Below, in pieces: positions 30,077 to 38,586 of a stretch of DNA of 64,000 nt (position 1 is the stretch's first letter; every line of letters starts with the position of its first letter). The stretch is from an uncultured Prevotella sp. GTDB lineage: Bacteria > Bacteroidota > Bacteroidia > Bacteroidales > Bacteroidaceae. The position numbers were made by a program, and so were the translations under genes. The notes below the pieces were generated by a model. It did no database searches. It was given only the letters and a program-made list of their open reading frames with translations, and was not told the DNA's origin. The stretch covers positions 1,062-65,061 of the forward strand of contig CALFIY010000042.1 of NCBI GenBank assembly GCA_937877595.1. Reading direction: 5' to 3'.

Positions 30077-31093
30077 TCATGCATTTAACCCGCTAATAGC
30101 CTCTACCAACAGGTCGTTTTCCTCTGGTAGTTGGGTTGCCACGCGGAAGAAGTTGCTCCCAAGGCCCGAGAAATTCTGGCAGTCGCGTATCAGCATGCCG
30201 TACTCGTGGACAAGGCGGAACTTAAGGTCGGCAGCCGTCATGTTGTCAATCTCGCAGAGCATGAAATTGGTTTTTGTCTCGAAGACACGCACGTTGGCCT
30301 TCTGGCGCAGGTTTGTACGGAAACGCTCCGTCTCTGCGAGATAAGCATCGAGGTCGGGCACTGCCGGCTTGTCGGTATCCAGTAGATAGTGGCCGGCCTC
30401 TATTGACAGGGCGCTGACCGACCAGGGATGCTGCATGCTGCGCAGCAACTGTATGGTCTGCGGATGGCCGGTGACATAGCCCAGCCGCAGTCCCGGCACG
30501 CCGTAGCGCTTGCCGAGAGAGTGAATAAGAAGAAGATTCTGGCTGTCGAACATTTCGCGCGGAGAGAGGAGAGATTCGCGAGTATAGTCTTCGTACGACT
30601 GGTCGACGACGAAGGTGTAGCGCGGAGAGCGCCGCACGACATAGGTCATAAATCCCTTCATCAGAACATTGCCTGAGGGATTGTTGGGATTGCATATCCA
30701 GTAGACGCGGTCGCGCGGCATGGATGCAATGTCTTCATTGCTCTCGTAGGAAATGACGTGGCCGTTGATGCGGCATGCATCGGAATATTCGCCGAAGGTG
30801 GGCTGCGGAATAATAGAGAAACTGCCGCGCAGCATCTGTGCAATGAGATAGATGGCCTCTGTGGCACCGCTCGTGACGAGCACCGCCTCGGGCGAAATTC
30901 CCTCACGTAGTGCTATCTTGCGCTCCAGTGAGCGCGGCTGGGGCTCAGGATAATGGCCTACGAGACCAAAATACTCGTTGAGATGGGCTTTCAGTCCATC
31001 GAGTTGTGGGTGCTGATAGACATTGGAACTGAAATTGATGCGCACCATGCCCTCGTCGTATCTGTAAAGGTCGTCGCCGTGTCCGTCGGTCAT
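30077..31093 (-). CDS. Threonine-phosphate decarboxylase (CobD-like class I/II PLP enzyme)
   Basis: GHGDD..INFSSNV, YPEP, GATEAIY, CNPNNPSG, HSLGKRYGVPGLRLGY, IRDC.NF.GL. Confidence 0.8.
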   Translation of the reverse strand: MTDGHGDDLYRYDEGMVRINFSSNVYQHPQLDGLKAHLNEYFGLVGHYPEPQPRSLERKIALREGISPEAVLVTSGATEAIYLIAQMLRGSFSIIPQPTFGEYSDACRINGHVISYESNEDIASMPRDRVYWICNPNNPSGNVLMKGFMTYVVRRSPRYTFVVDQSYEDYTRESLLSPREMFDSQNLLLIHSLGKRYGVPGLRLGYVTGHPQTIQLLRSMQHPWSVSALSIEAGHYLLDTDKPAVPDLDAYLAETERFRTNLRQKANVRVFETKTNFMLCEIDNMTAADLKFRLVHEYGMLIRDCQNFSGLGSNFFRVATQLPEENDLLVEAISGLNA

Positions 31094-31116
31094 AGCATTT
31101 CAAAAAGGTTAAAACT

Positions 31117-31938
31117 CTAAATCTCACTGCCTGCCGTTTCTGTCTCGGCATCGGCCGTAGCACTCTCCTGCGTCACTCTCACCGTCAGCGCCGAAGTGTC
31201 GAAACTGATGCCGTCGCGCTCGAGGAAGCGCGTCAGCACGCCCTGCGCAGCCAGTTGGCGCGGTGTGCCGACACTGAGCAGGCCCGGCTCCATGAGCCAA
31301 AGTTGGTCGGCAAGTTGCAAAGCCAGTTCCACGTCGTGCGTAGAGAGGAATATCGTCTTTTGCTGCTGTCGGGCAAGACGGCGGAGCAGTTGCAGCATCT
31401 CCACCTTGCTCGGGAAATCGAGGAATGCCGTCGGTTCGTCGAGAAATATCACCGATGTCTGTTGCGCAAGGGTCTTGGCAATCATCACCTTCTGCCGCTC
31501 GCCGTCGCTTAGCGTTGCCGTGAGACGCCCGGCAAGCGACGATATGCCCGTCTGGGCTATTGCCTCGTCGACAATGCGGTGGTCTTCATCGGAGAGAGAG
31601 CCCCAGAAGCCCGTATAGGGCGAGCGCCCCATGCCGACAAGTTCGCCCACCGTCATATTGCGAACGTCGGGACGCTCTGTGAGCACCACGCCAATCTCCT
31701 GGGCTATCTGCTGCCGCGAATAACTGTCGATAGAGCGCCCATTAATAAATATGTCGCCGTCCAGACGGGGCTGGAAGGCGGCAAGGGTGCGCAGAAGGGT
31801 CGACTTGCCTATACCGTTCTGGCCCAGCAGACACGTCATCTCACCGCTGCGTAGCGAGGCATCGATATCACTGGCCACAACATGCTGCTGGCCGCCGGTG
31901 ACATAGCCTATACTGAGATGCGACAACTGGACGCTCAT
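31117..31938 (-). CDS. Iron-complex/cobalamin-type ABC transporter ATP-binding protein
   Basis: GQNGIGKSTL, GMGRSPY, LSDGERQK, LDEPTAFLD, STHD. Confidence 0.88.
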   Translation of the reverse strand: MSVQLSHLSIGYVTGGQQHVVASDIDASLRSGEMTCLLGQNGIGKSTLLRTLAAFQPRLDGDIFINGRSIDSYSRQQIAQEIGVVLTERPDVRNMTVGELVGMGRSPYTGFWGSLSDEDHRIVDEAIAQTGISSLAGRLTATLSDGERQKVMIAKTLAQQTSVIFLDEPTAFLDFPSKVEMLQLLRRLARQQQKTIFLSTHDVELALQLADQLWLMEPGLLSVGTPRQLAAQGVLTRFLERDGISFDTSALTVRVTQESATADAETETAGSEI

Positions 31939-31953
31939 TTTATAATTTTTGCT

Positions 31954-32025
31954 AAATGTTCAATGCTCAATGTTCCGCTCGGCTTTGCCGCTTTGACCTT
32001 GGTCAAAGAATGGTCAATGGTCAAC
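31954..32025. repeat. Composite element: TCAATG(G/T/C) heptamers flanking two small hairpins
   Basis: aaatgttcaatgctcaatgtt, then CGGC-ttt-GCCG and CTTTGACC-tt-GGTCAAAG, then aatggtcaatggtcaac. Confidence 0.7.
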
Positions 32026-32793
32026 GATTACACTTCCATGAAGCCCGTCAATGGCATCGGCACGGGTAATGATGACGCGGGTCACGCCAGCGCTGACGGC
32101 AGCGAGAGCATTCTCTATCTTGGGCAGCATGCCGCCCGACACGGTACCGTCGGCCTTGTAGCGTTCAAAGTCGGCACGCGTTATAACAGGGATGAGAGTC
32201 GACTCGTCGTCGGCATCGGTCAGCACGCCAGCCTTCTCAAAGGCATAAATCAGCGTAACATCGTAGCGGCCGGAGAGAGCCTTGGCAGTCTCTGAGGCAA
32301 TAGTGTCGGCATTGGTATTGAGAATACTGCCATGACCGTCGTGGGTCAGCGGCGCAACGACAGGTGTCATGCCAGCCTCGATGAGTTGCGAGAGGGCAGC
32401 GCCGTCGGCGCAGTCGACATCGCCGACAAAGCCATAGTCGACACCATCGGTCACAGGACGGCGATGACTGCGTATGACATCGGCATCGGCACCCGTCAGA
32501 CCAACGGCATTGACGCCAACAGACTGCAGGCGCGCCACCAACTGCTTGTTGACAAGTCCTCCGTAGACCATGGTGACCACTTCGAGCATGTCAGCATCCG
32601 TGATGCGGCGCCCCCCAACCATCTTGGTAGTGATGCCGAGGCGTTCGGCAATCTTAGTGGCCTTGCGGCCTCCGCCATGCACGAGCACTTTTCTGCCAGG
32701 CACGGCACTGAAGTCGACCAACAGTCGTAGCAGTTGCTCCTCAGCCTCTACCACTGCGCCGCCTACTTTCACTACGGTTAGTTTCTCTTTCAT
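32014..32793 (-). CDS. argB: Acetylglutamate kinase
   Basis: VVKVGG, LVHGGG, GRRITD, DYGFVGDV, NTNAD, GGMLPK. Start at ATG 32793; -7 box at 32818-32825. Confidence 0.93.
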   Translation of the reverse strand: MKEKLTVVKVGGAVVEAEEQLLRLLVDFSAVPGRKVLVHGGGRKATKIAERLGITTKMVGGRRITDADMLEVVTMVYGGLVNKQLVARLQSVGVNAVGLTGADADVIRSHRRPVTDGVDYGFVGDVDCADGAALSQLIEAGMTPVVAPLTHDGHGSILNTNADTIASETAKALSGRYDVTLIYAFEKAGVLTDADDESTLIPVITRADFERYKADGTVSGGMLPKIENALAAVSAGVTRVIITRADAIDGLHGSVIVDH

Positions 32794-32962
32794 CCTTGTC
32801 CTGCTTTGTTCTGCCTGCAAAAATACTACTAAGCAAGAGGAAAACAAAAGAAAAAAATCTTTTTTTGCGAAACAGCGTACAAAACGAATGAAAACATTAT
32901 GGATTTCAAGAAAAAGTCGTAATTTTGCAGTGGATAATAAAAAGAAGGAAGGAGTTTAGAGT

Positions 32963-33121
32963 ATGGCAACACCAATCAGACCAATACCTGTTGTAACAGG
33001 TGACGATGCGGTCCGTTTTGTGGAGGCTGCAGAAGCAGCAGAGCGTAATGCGCACACAGTGGAACTGGAGATGTCGCGCGAGGACTTCGACAAGATTATG
33101 TCAACAGCACAGTTGTATTAA
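32963..33121 (+). CDS. 52-aa small protein, putative antitoxin partner of a GNAT toxin (not in the ORF track)
   Basis: Translated by hand: MATPIRPIPVVTGDDAVRFVEAAEAAERNAHTVELEMSREDFDKIMSTAQLY. Has its own TAATTTTG box (32920-32927). Resembles, from recall, small proteins preceding GNAT genes in Bacteroidales. Confidence 0.6.
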   Translation: MATPIRPIPVVTGDDAVRFVEAAEAAERNAHTVELEMSREDFDKIMSTAQLY

Positions 33122-33124
33122 GCA

Positions 33125-33232
33125 ATGGGAAAGGCCACGGGTAGGCGAACAAAACTCGGGAATTTCCTTGCTGACAAATGCACATTCAGACTGCTTACAC
33201 GTGAACTGATAGCAACGTGTAGGCCGTTTTCT
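33125..33232 (+). pseudogene. N-terminal remnant of a probable GNAT-family toxin
   Basis: MGKATGRRTKLGNFLADKCTFRLLTRELIATCRPFS, then runs into a (TATAT)n tract and the inverted-repeat element. Starts 3 nt after the small ORF. Confidence 0.5.
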
Positions 33233-33252
33233 TATTATATTATATTATATTA

Positions 33253-33363
33253 TATTGCTGTCCGCTAAAACTTGAAAATGCATCAAATATCCGTCCGTAA
33301 CGTCTGTTTATCGGCATTGCGGACGATAATTATTGCGCTTGTGTGTTTTAGCGGACAGCAATA
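33253..33363. mobile_element. 111-bp MITE-like element with perfect 19-bp terminal inverted repeats
   Basis: TATTGCTGTCCGCTAAAAC (33253-33271) and GTTTTAGCGGACAGCAATA (33345-33363). No transposase. Sits between two unrelated gene fragments. Confidence 0.65.
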
Positions 33364-33366
33364 ATA

Positions 33367-33569
33367 ATGAAACTGTCGACAGAGCAGCAGGAAATTTGCC
33401 GTAAGAATTTCGATGCCGTGAAACTTCGCCTGGCGCAGACAGACCATCAGTTCCGCCACGACGCACTGAGAAATGCCGTGGAATGTATGATTATCGACTT
33501 TTCGACACGGGCACCGTTAACTTCCAGGACCCACAGTTTGTGAAATATCTGATAGAGACATACGGATAA
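33367..33569 (+). pseudogene. Internal fragment of a probable AraC-family regulator joined out of frame to another C-terminal fragment
   Basis: MKLSTEQQEICRKNFDAVKLRLAQTDHQFRHDALRNAVECMIIDF resembles the pre-HTH helix of Prevotella AraC proteins (recall); no HTH follows. A shifted frame reads FDTGTVNFQDPQFVKYLIETYG*. Confidence 0.45.
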
Positions 33570-33635
33570 CAGGGCATGCCTTACGAAAGCCGCAAACAGG
33601 CTTTCGCATCAGCAATACTGCTGCAGTCTTTACGG

Positions 33636-35528
33636 CTACTCCAAATAGGTGTAGCCGTAAAGGCCGGAGCGATAGTTGGAAAGGAATTCCTTTCCCTCCT
33701 CAAGGGTGATCTTTCCCTGCTTTACGCTTTTGGTAACCCAAACCTCGAGTTGACGCACGAGTTTCTTCGGGTCGTACTGTACATAGTCAAGCACTTCGGC
33801 CACGGTTTCGCCGTCGATAATCTGGTCGATGTGGTAATGGCCGTCCTTCACTGACACATGAACGGCAGTAGTGTCGCCAAAAAGATTGTGCATATCGCCA
33901 AGTATCTCCTGATATGCACCCACAAGGAAAATGCCAAGATAGTAGGACTCGTTGCGGCGCAAAGGGTGGACAGGCAGCGAATGGGTGTTATGGCGATTGG
34001 TGACGAAGTTGGCTATCTTGCCGTCGCTGTCGCAGGTAATGTCTTGCAGCGTGGCATTGCGCGTGGGGCGCTCGTCAAGCCGCTGTATAGGCATGATGGG
34101 AAACAGTTGGTCGATGGCCCATGAGTCGGGAAGACTTTGGAAAAGCGAGAAGTTGCAGAAATATTTGTCGGCAAGAAGTTTGTCGATATTCATCAATTCT
34201 TCCGGTATGTGCTTCAGGTTCTTTGCCAGCGCATGTATCTCATGGCAAACGCTCCAGTACATCGACTCTACCTCGGCGCGAGTCTTAAGATCGACGATGC
34301 CATGGGCAAAAAGGTCAAGCACCTCCTCGCGTATCTGTTCTGCATCGTGCCAGTCCTCAAGCACGTTACGCGGAGAGAGATTGTCCCATATTTCATAGAG
34401 ATCTTTCACCAACTGGTGGGCATTCTCATCGGGCTCGTACTCTTCTGGCATTTCCGGCAGCGATGCTGTCTCAAGCACATCAATGACAAGCACGGAGTGG
34501 TGGGCTGCCAACGAACGGCCGCTCTCGGTGATGATATTGGGATGTGGAATACCGTTTTTGTTGGCTACCTCTACGAAAGTGTAGATACAGTCGTTGACAT
34601 ACTCCTGAATGCTGTAGTTGACGCTACTCTCGCTTGAGGGAGAACGCGTGCCGTCGTAGTCAACGCCAAGACCGCCACCGCAGTCGACAAAGTCGACATT
34701 GTAGCCCATCTTGTGCAACTGAATATAGAACTGCGAGGCTTCGCGAAGTGCCGTCTGTATGCGGCGTATCTTAGTAATCTGGCTGCCGATGTGGAAGTGG
34801 ATGAGGCGCAGGCAGTCGCGCATGTCTTTCTTGTCAAGAAGTTCGAGGGCTTCAAGCAGTTCGGCACTCGTAAGTCCAAACTTTGAAGCATCGCCGCCAC
34901 TTTCTTCCCACTTGCCGCTACCACTGGAAGCGAGTTTGATGCGTATGCCGATGTTGGGGCGTACGCCAAGTTTCTTTGCCTCACGGGCTATGAGTTCCAA
35001 CTCGTTGGGCTTTTCCACCACAATAAAAATGTGCTTGCCCATCTTCTGCGCCAGCAGGGCCAACTCGATGTACGACTGGTCTTTATAGCCATTGCATATA
35101 ATGATAGAGTCGCTCTGGCACTGCACGGCAATAACAGCATGAAGTTCTGGTTTGGAGCCTGCCTCTACGCCAAGGTTGAACTTACGACCGTGGGAGATAA
35201 TCTCCTCCACCACAGGCTGCATCTGGTTGACCTTAATAGGATATACCACGTAGTTCTCGCCATGATAGTCGTACTCTTCTGCTGCCTTCTTGAAGCAACT
35301 CCAGGTTTTCTCAATACGATTGTCGAGGATATCTGGGAAGCGCAGCAGCACTGGCGACTGTACGTCGCGCAGTGACAACTCGTCCATCACTTCGCGCAAG
35401 TCTATTCTTGTGCCATCCTTGCATGGGGTGACAAAAACATTACCCTTGTCGTTGATTCCGAAATAACTGGTACCCCACCCGTTGATGTTGTACAACTCGC
35501 GAGCATCATCGATGGTCCATTTCTTCAT
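33636..35528 (-). CDS. speA: Biosynthetic arginine decarboxylase
   Basis: YPIKVNQ, EAGSKPEL, HFHIGSQ, DCGGGLGVDYDG, NFSLFQSLPDSWAIDQ, DITCDSDG. Confidence 0.97.
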   Translation of the reverse strand: MKKWTIDDARELYNINGWGTSYFGINDKGNVFVTPCKDGTRIDLREVMDELSLRDVQSPVLLRFPDILDNRIEKTWSCFKKAAEEYDYHGENYVVYPIKVNQMQPVVEEIISHGRKFNLGVEAGSKPELHAVIAVQCQSDSIIICNGYKDQSYIELALLAQKMGKHIFIVVEKPNELELIAREAKKLGVRPNIGIRIKLASSGSGKWEESGGDASKFGLTSAELLEALELLDKKDMRDCLRLIHFHIGSQITKIRRIQTALREASQFYIQLHKMGYNVDFVDCGGGLGVDYDGTRSPSSESSVNYSIQEYVNDCIYTFVEVANKNGIPHPNIITESGRSLAAHHSVLVIDVLETASLPEMPEEYEPDENAHQLVKDLYEIWDNLSPRNVLEDWHDAEQIREEVLDLFAHGIVDLKTRAEVESMYWSVCHEIHALAKNLKHIPEELMNIDKLLADKYFCNFSLFQSLPDSWAIDQLFPIMPIQRLDERPTRNATLQDITCDSDGKIANFVTNRHNTHSLPVHPLRRNESYYLGIFLVGAYQEILGDMHNLFGDTTAVHVSVKDGHYHIDQIIDGETVAEVLDYVQYDPKKLVRQLEVWVTKSVKQGKITLEEGKEFLSNYRSGLYGYTYLE

Positions 35529-35565
35529 AATGTTAGCAATTTGTTAGCAATTATTGTGGGAAAGA

Positions 35566-36093
35566 TTATATTTCCAACTGCTTGCGCAGCATGGCGACTG
35601 TTGTCTGTATCTTCTCGAAGTCGTCCATCAGACTGACATCAAGCGTGTGACGGGCTTTAGAATAGAACTGTTCGCGATACTGCAGTTGCTCGGTGATGTA
35701 GGCAATGAGTTCCTCGGCACTCTTCCCTTTTATAAGCGGGCGTTCGACCTTGCCCATGAGAAGATGACGGTAGAGAACTTCCGGAGTGGCCTTAAGATAA
35801 ACCGTCTCACCTTGCTGATTGAGATAATCTATATTATCAAAGAAGCACGGGGTTCCGCCTCCGCAACTGATGATGACATCCTCGAACTCAGCAACCTCAT
35901 GGAGCATGTTGTATTCCATTTTGCGGAAGCCTTCCTCACCACGCTCTGCAAAAATCTGAGCCACGCTCTTGCGCATGCGGCTCTCAATATACCAGTCTAA
36001 ATCATAGAACATCATGCCAGTGGCCTTCGACAAAGCCTTGCCAACGGTGGTCTTGCCAGAGCCCATGTAGCCAATGAGTATGATGCGTCGCAT
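35566..36093 (-). CDS. aroK: Shikimate kinase
   Basis: IGYMGSGKTT, DLD, GEEGFR, SCGGG, RPL. Confidence 0.95.
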   Translation of the reverse strand: MRRIILIGYMGSGKTTVGKALSKATGMMFYDLDWYIESRMRKSVAQIFAERGEEGFRKMEYNMLHEVAEFEDVIISCGGGTPCFFDNIDYLNQQGETVYLKATPEVLYRHLLMGKVERPLIKGKSAEELIAYITEQLQYREQFYSKARHTLDVSLMDDFEKIQTTVAMLRKQLEI

Positions 36094-38411
36094 TATTTTT
36101 TCTGCTTATCGATTATTGCCATGCACTCATCATAGGTGAGAGTGTTGATGCGCTGATGGAGGGATTTTGTCAAACGGTAGTTTTTGCCGTCGTAGGCAAG
36201 ATATGGACCATAGCGCCCATTAAGGACCGTCAACTTTGCATCCTCGTCGAAAGTGCGAATAAGTTTCTTGCTTTCCTGTTTGCGGTGCTCCTCTATCAAG
36301 GCAATAGCCTCATCAAGAGTAAAGGAGAGAGGGTCTGCCCCTTTTGGCAGCGACGTGTATTTCTTCTCGTGAAGAACGTAAGGGCCATAACGTCCAGCGC
36401 CTATGACGACCGCGCTGCCCTCGTATTCGCCGACAGTGCGCGGCAGGCGGAAAAGTTCAAGCGCCTCATCAAGAGTAATTGTCTCCATGCTCTTGCTGCT
36501 GGGCAACTGAGCAAAGAGAGGCTTATCGGAATCTTCGGCAGTACCAATCTGCACGACAGGGCCAAAACGGCCTATCTTGACAAAAACAGGGCGCTGCGTC
36601 TTTGGGTCGATGCCGATTTTGCGCTCGCCGGCCTTATGTTCCTGACGAGAGTTCAAAGTATGCTCTACAGTAGGCTCAAACCTGTTGTAGAAGTTGTGCA
36701 TCATTTCCGTCCACGACTCATTGCCCTCGGCTATACGGTCGAAATCCTGTTCTACCATGGCCGTGAAATTGTAGTCCATGATATCGCCAAAATTCTCCAT
36801 CAGGAAATCGTTCACGACAATGCCGATATCGGTAGGTAACAACTTTCCCTTGTCGGAGCCGACAAGTTCCTTGCGCGTCTGCGACTTCACGACATTGCCT
36901 TTAAGAGTGTCGACGGTGAAGAAACGCTCTTCGCCGCGCTTGTCGCCTTTGTGCACATAGTCGCGCTGCTGTATGGTAGAAATGGTAGGAGCATACGTGG
37001 AAGGGCGGCCGATGCCGAGTTCTTCCATTTTGTGTACGAGCGATGCCTCCGTGTAGCGCTGCGGTCCAAGAGAGAAGCGCTCGGTGGCAGAAACTTCCAC
37101 GCGACTGAGCGGCTGTCCCTCACGAAGAGGAGGTAAAATGTGAGCCTCTGTCTCCTGTGCTGTTTCGTCGTCGTCTGTCGACTCACGATAGACTTTGAAG
37201 AAGCCGTCGAACTTCAGTACCTCGCCTATGGCCGTAAAGGTGTACTTACGAGCATCGGCATCACCTTGCATCTGAATTTCTATGGTTGTCTTTTCAAGTT
37301 CCGCATCTGCCATCTGACTTGCCAAGGTGCGCTTCCAAATAAGATCATAGAGGCGCTTCTCCTGCTGGCTGCCTTCTATCTCATGCTGGTCCATATAGGT
37401 AGGACGGATAGCCTCGTGAGCCTCCTGTGCACCTTTGGAACTGGTATGATACTGGCGCACATGGCTGTAATTGCTGCCGTATTGACTTAGTATCTCATTT
37501 TTGCTGGCTGCAATGCAGAGTTTGGAAAGATTGACAGAGTCGGTACGCATATACGTAATGCGACCGCTCTCGTAGAGGCGTTGGGCTATCATCATGGTCT
37601 GGCTCACGGTGAGACCGAGTTTGCGTGCAGCCTCCTGCTGCAAGGTAGATGTGGTAAAAGGCGGAGCGGGGGTGCGCTTCATTGGCTTCTTGCTCACGCT
37701 GTCAACAACGAAAGTGGCATTCTTGCAACTCTCCAAGAAAGCCTCCACCTCTGCGTGGGTCTTCAGTTTATTGTTAAGAGTGGCCTTAACCTCTGTAGCA
37801 TTGGAACCGCCATCTACTGGTGTGAATATGGCACTCACGCTATAGAACGACTCGCTCTTGAAATTCTGTATCTCGCGCTCACGCTCTACTATGAGGCGTA
37901 CTGCAACACTCTGCACACGACCGGCAGAGAGCGACGGTTTCACCTTGCGCCACAGTACCGGTGAAAGTTTGAAACCGACGAGGCGGTCGAGCACGCGGCG
38001 AGCCTGCTGCGCATTGACAAGGTTCATATCGATGTGGCGCGGATGCTCTATGGCCTCCAAAATGGCCGGCTTGGTAATCTCGTGAAAAACAATGCGCTTG
38101 GTATTTGCTTCGTCGAGACCGAGGACTTCACACAAATGCCACGAAATGGCTTCTCCCTCACGGTCTTCATCACTGGCAAGCCATACGGCACTGGCCTTCT
38201 TGGCATTGCTACGAAGGTCACGCACCAGACGCTCTTTCTCCTCGGGTATTTCATATACTGGCCGGAGTGTATCGACATCAACACTCATCTCACGCTTCTT
38301 AAGGTCGCGGATATGTCCATAACTGGACATCACCTTATAGTCGCTTCCAAGAAACTTCTCAATAGTCTTTGCCTTGGCAGGCGACTCTACTATAACCAAA
38401 TTCTTCTGCAT
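36093..38411 (-). CDS. topA: DNA topoisomerase I
   Basis: LVIVESPAKAKTI, DEDREGEAI, SAGRVQS, ITYMRTDS, AQEAHEAIRPT, GIGRPSTYA; C-terminal GRFGP repeats. Confidence 0.98.
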   Translation of the reverse strand: MQKNLVIVESPAKAKTIEKFLGSDYKVMSSYGHIRDLKKREMSVDVDTLRPVYEIPEEKERLVRDLRSNAKKASAVWLASDEDREGEAISWHLCEVLGLDEANTKRIVFHEITKPAILEAIEHPRHIDMNLVNAQQARRVLDRLVGFKLSPVLWRKVKPSLSAGRVQSVAVRLIVEREREIQNFKSESFYSVSAIFTPVDGGSNATEVKATLNNKLKTHAEVEAFLESCKNATFVVDSVSKKPMKRTPAPPFTTSTLQQEAARKLGLTVSQTMMIAQRLYESGRITYMRTDSVNLSKLCIAASKNEILSQYGSNYSHVRQYHTSSKGAQEAHEAIRPTYMDQHEIEGSQQEKRLYDLIWKRTLASQMADAELEKTTIEIQMQGDADARKYTFTAIGEVLKFDGFFKVYRESTDDDETAQETEAHILPPLREGQPLSRVEVSATERFSLGPQRYTEASLVHKMEELGIGRPSTYAPTISTIQQRDYVHKGDKRGEERFFTVDTLKGNVVKSQTRKELVGSDKGKLLPTDIGIVVNDFLMENFGDIMDYNFTAMVEQDFDRIAEGNESWTEMMHNFYNRFEPTVEHTLNSRQEHKAGERKIGIDPKTQRPVFVKIGRFGPVVQIGTAEDSDKPLFAQLPSSKSMETITLDEALELFRLPRTVGEYEGSAVVIGAGRYGPYVLHEKKYTSLPKGADPLSFTLDEAIALIEEHRKQESKKLIRTFDEDAKLTVLNGRYGPYLAYDGKNYRLTKSLHQRINTLTYDECMAIIDKQKK

Positions 38412-38440
38412 AGCAGTACTCTGTTTTCGTTTTCGGGCTG

Positions 38441-38554
38441 CAAAAGTAGATAAAAGTTTCCGTTACACATTATTAATATATATGTTTTTTGTTTTTCTTA
38501 ACTATTCTTCTCTTCTCTCTAATAGGGCGGTTTCAGGTTTTTTCCATAATTTTG
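38441..38554. promoter_or_regulatory. Divergent -7 promoter boxes for topA (-, 38441-38448) and metG (+, 38547-38554)
   Basis: TACTTTTG on - strand and TAATTTTG on + strand. Confidence 0.65.
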
Positions 38555-38586
38555 CAGCCTGAAGAAAACAGAAACACAAAATACAG

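Noticed and set aside
33000..33209. 69-aa ORF in the track
   Set aside because: Out-of-frame overlay of the more plausible 52-aa ORF (32963-33121) and the truncated ORF after it.
33253..33363. Invertible promoter
   Set aside because: No TAnnTTTG box inside on either strand and no recombinase nearby; the disrupted flanks fit a MITE better. Not fully excluded.
35529..35555. Short direct repeat TGTTAGCAATT twice between aroK and speA
   Set aside because: Only two short copies; most likely a local duplication.
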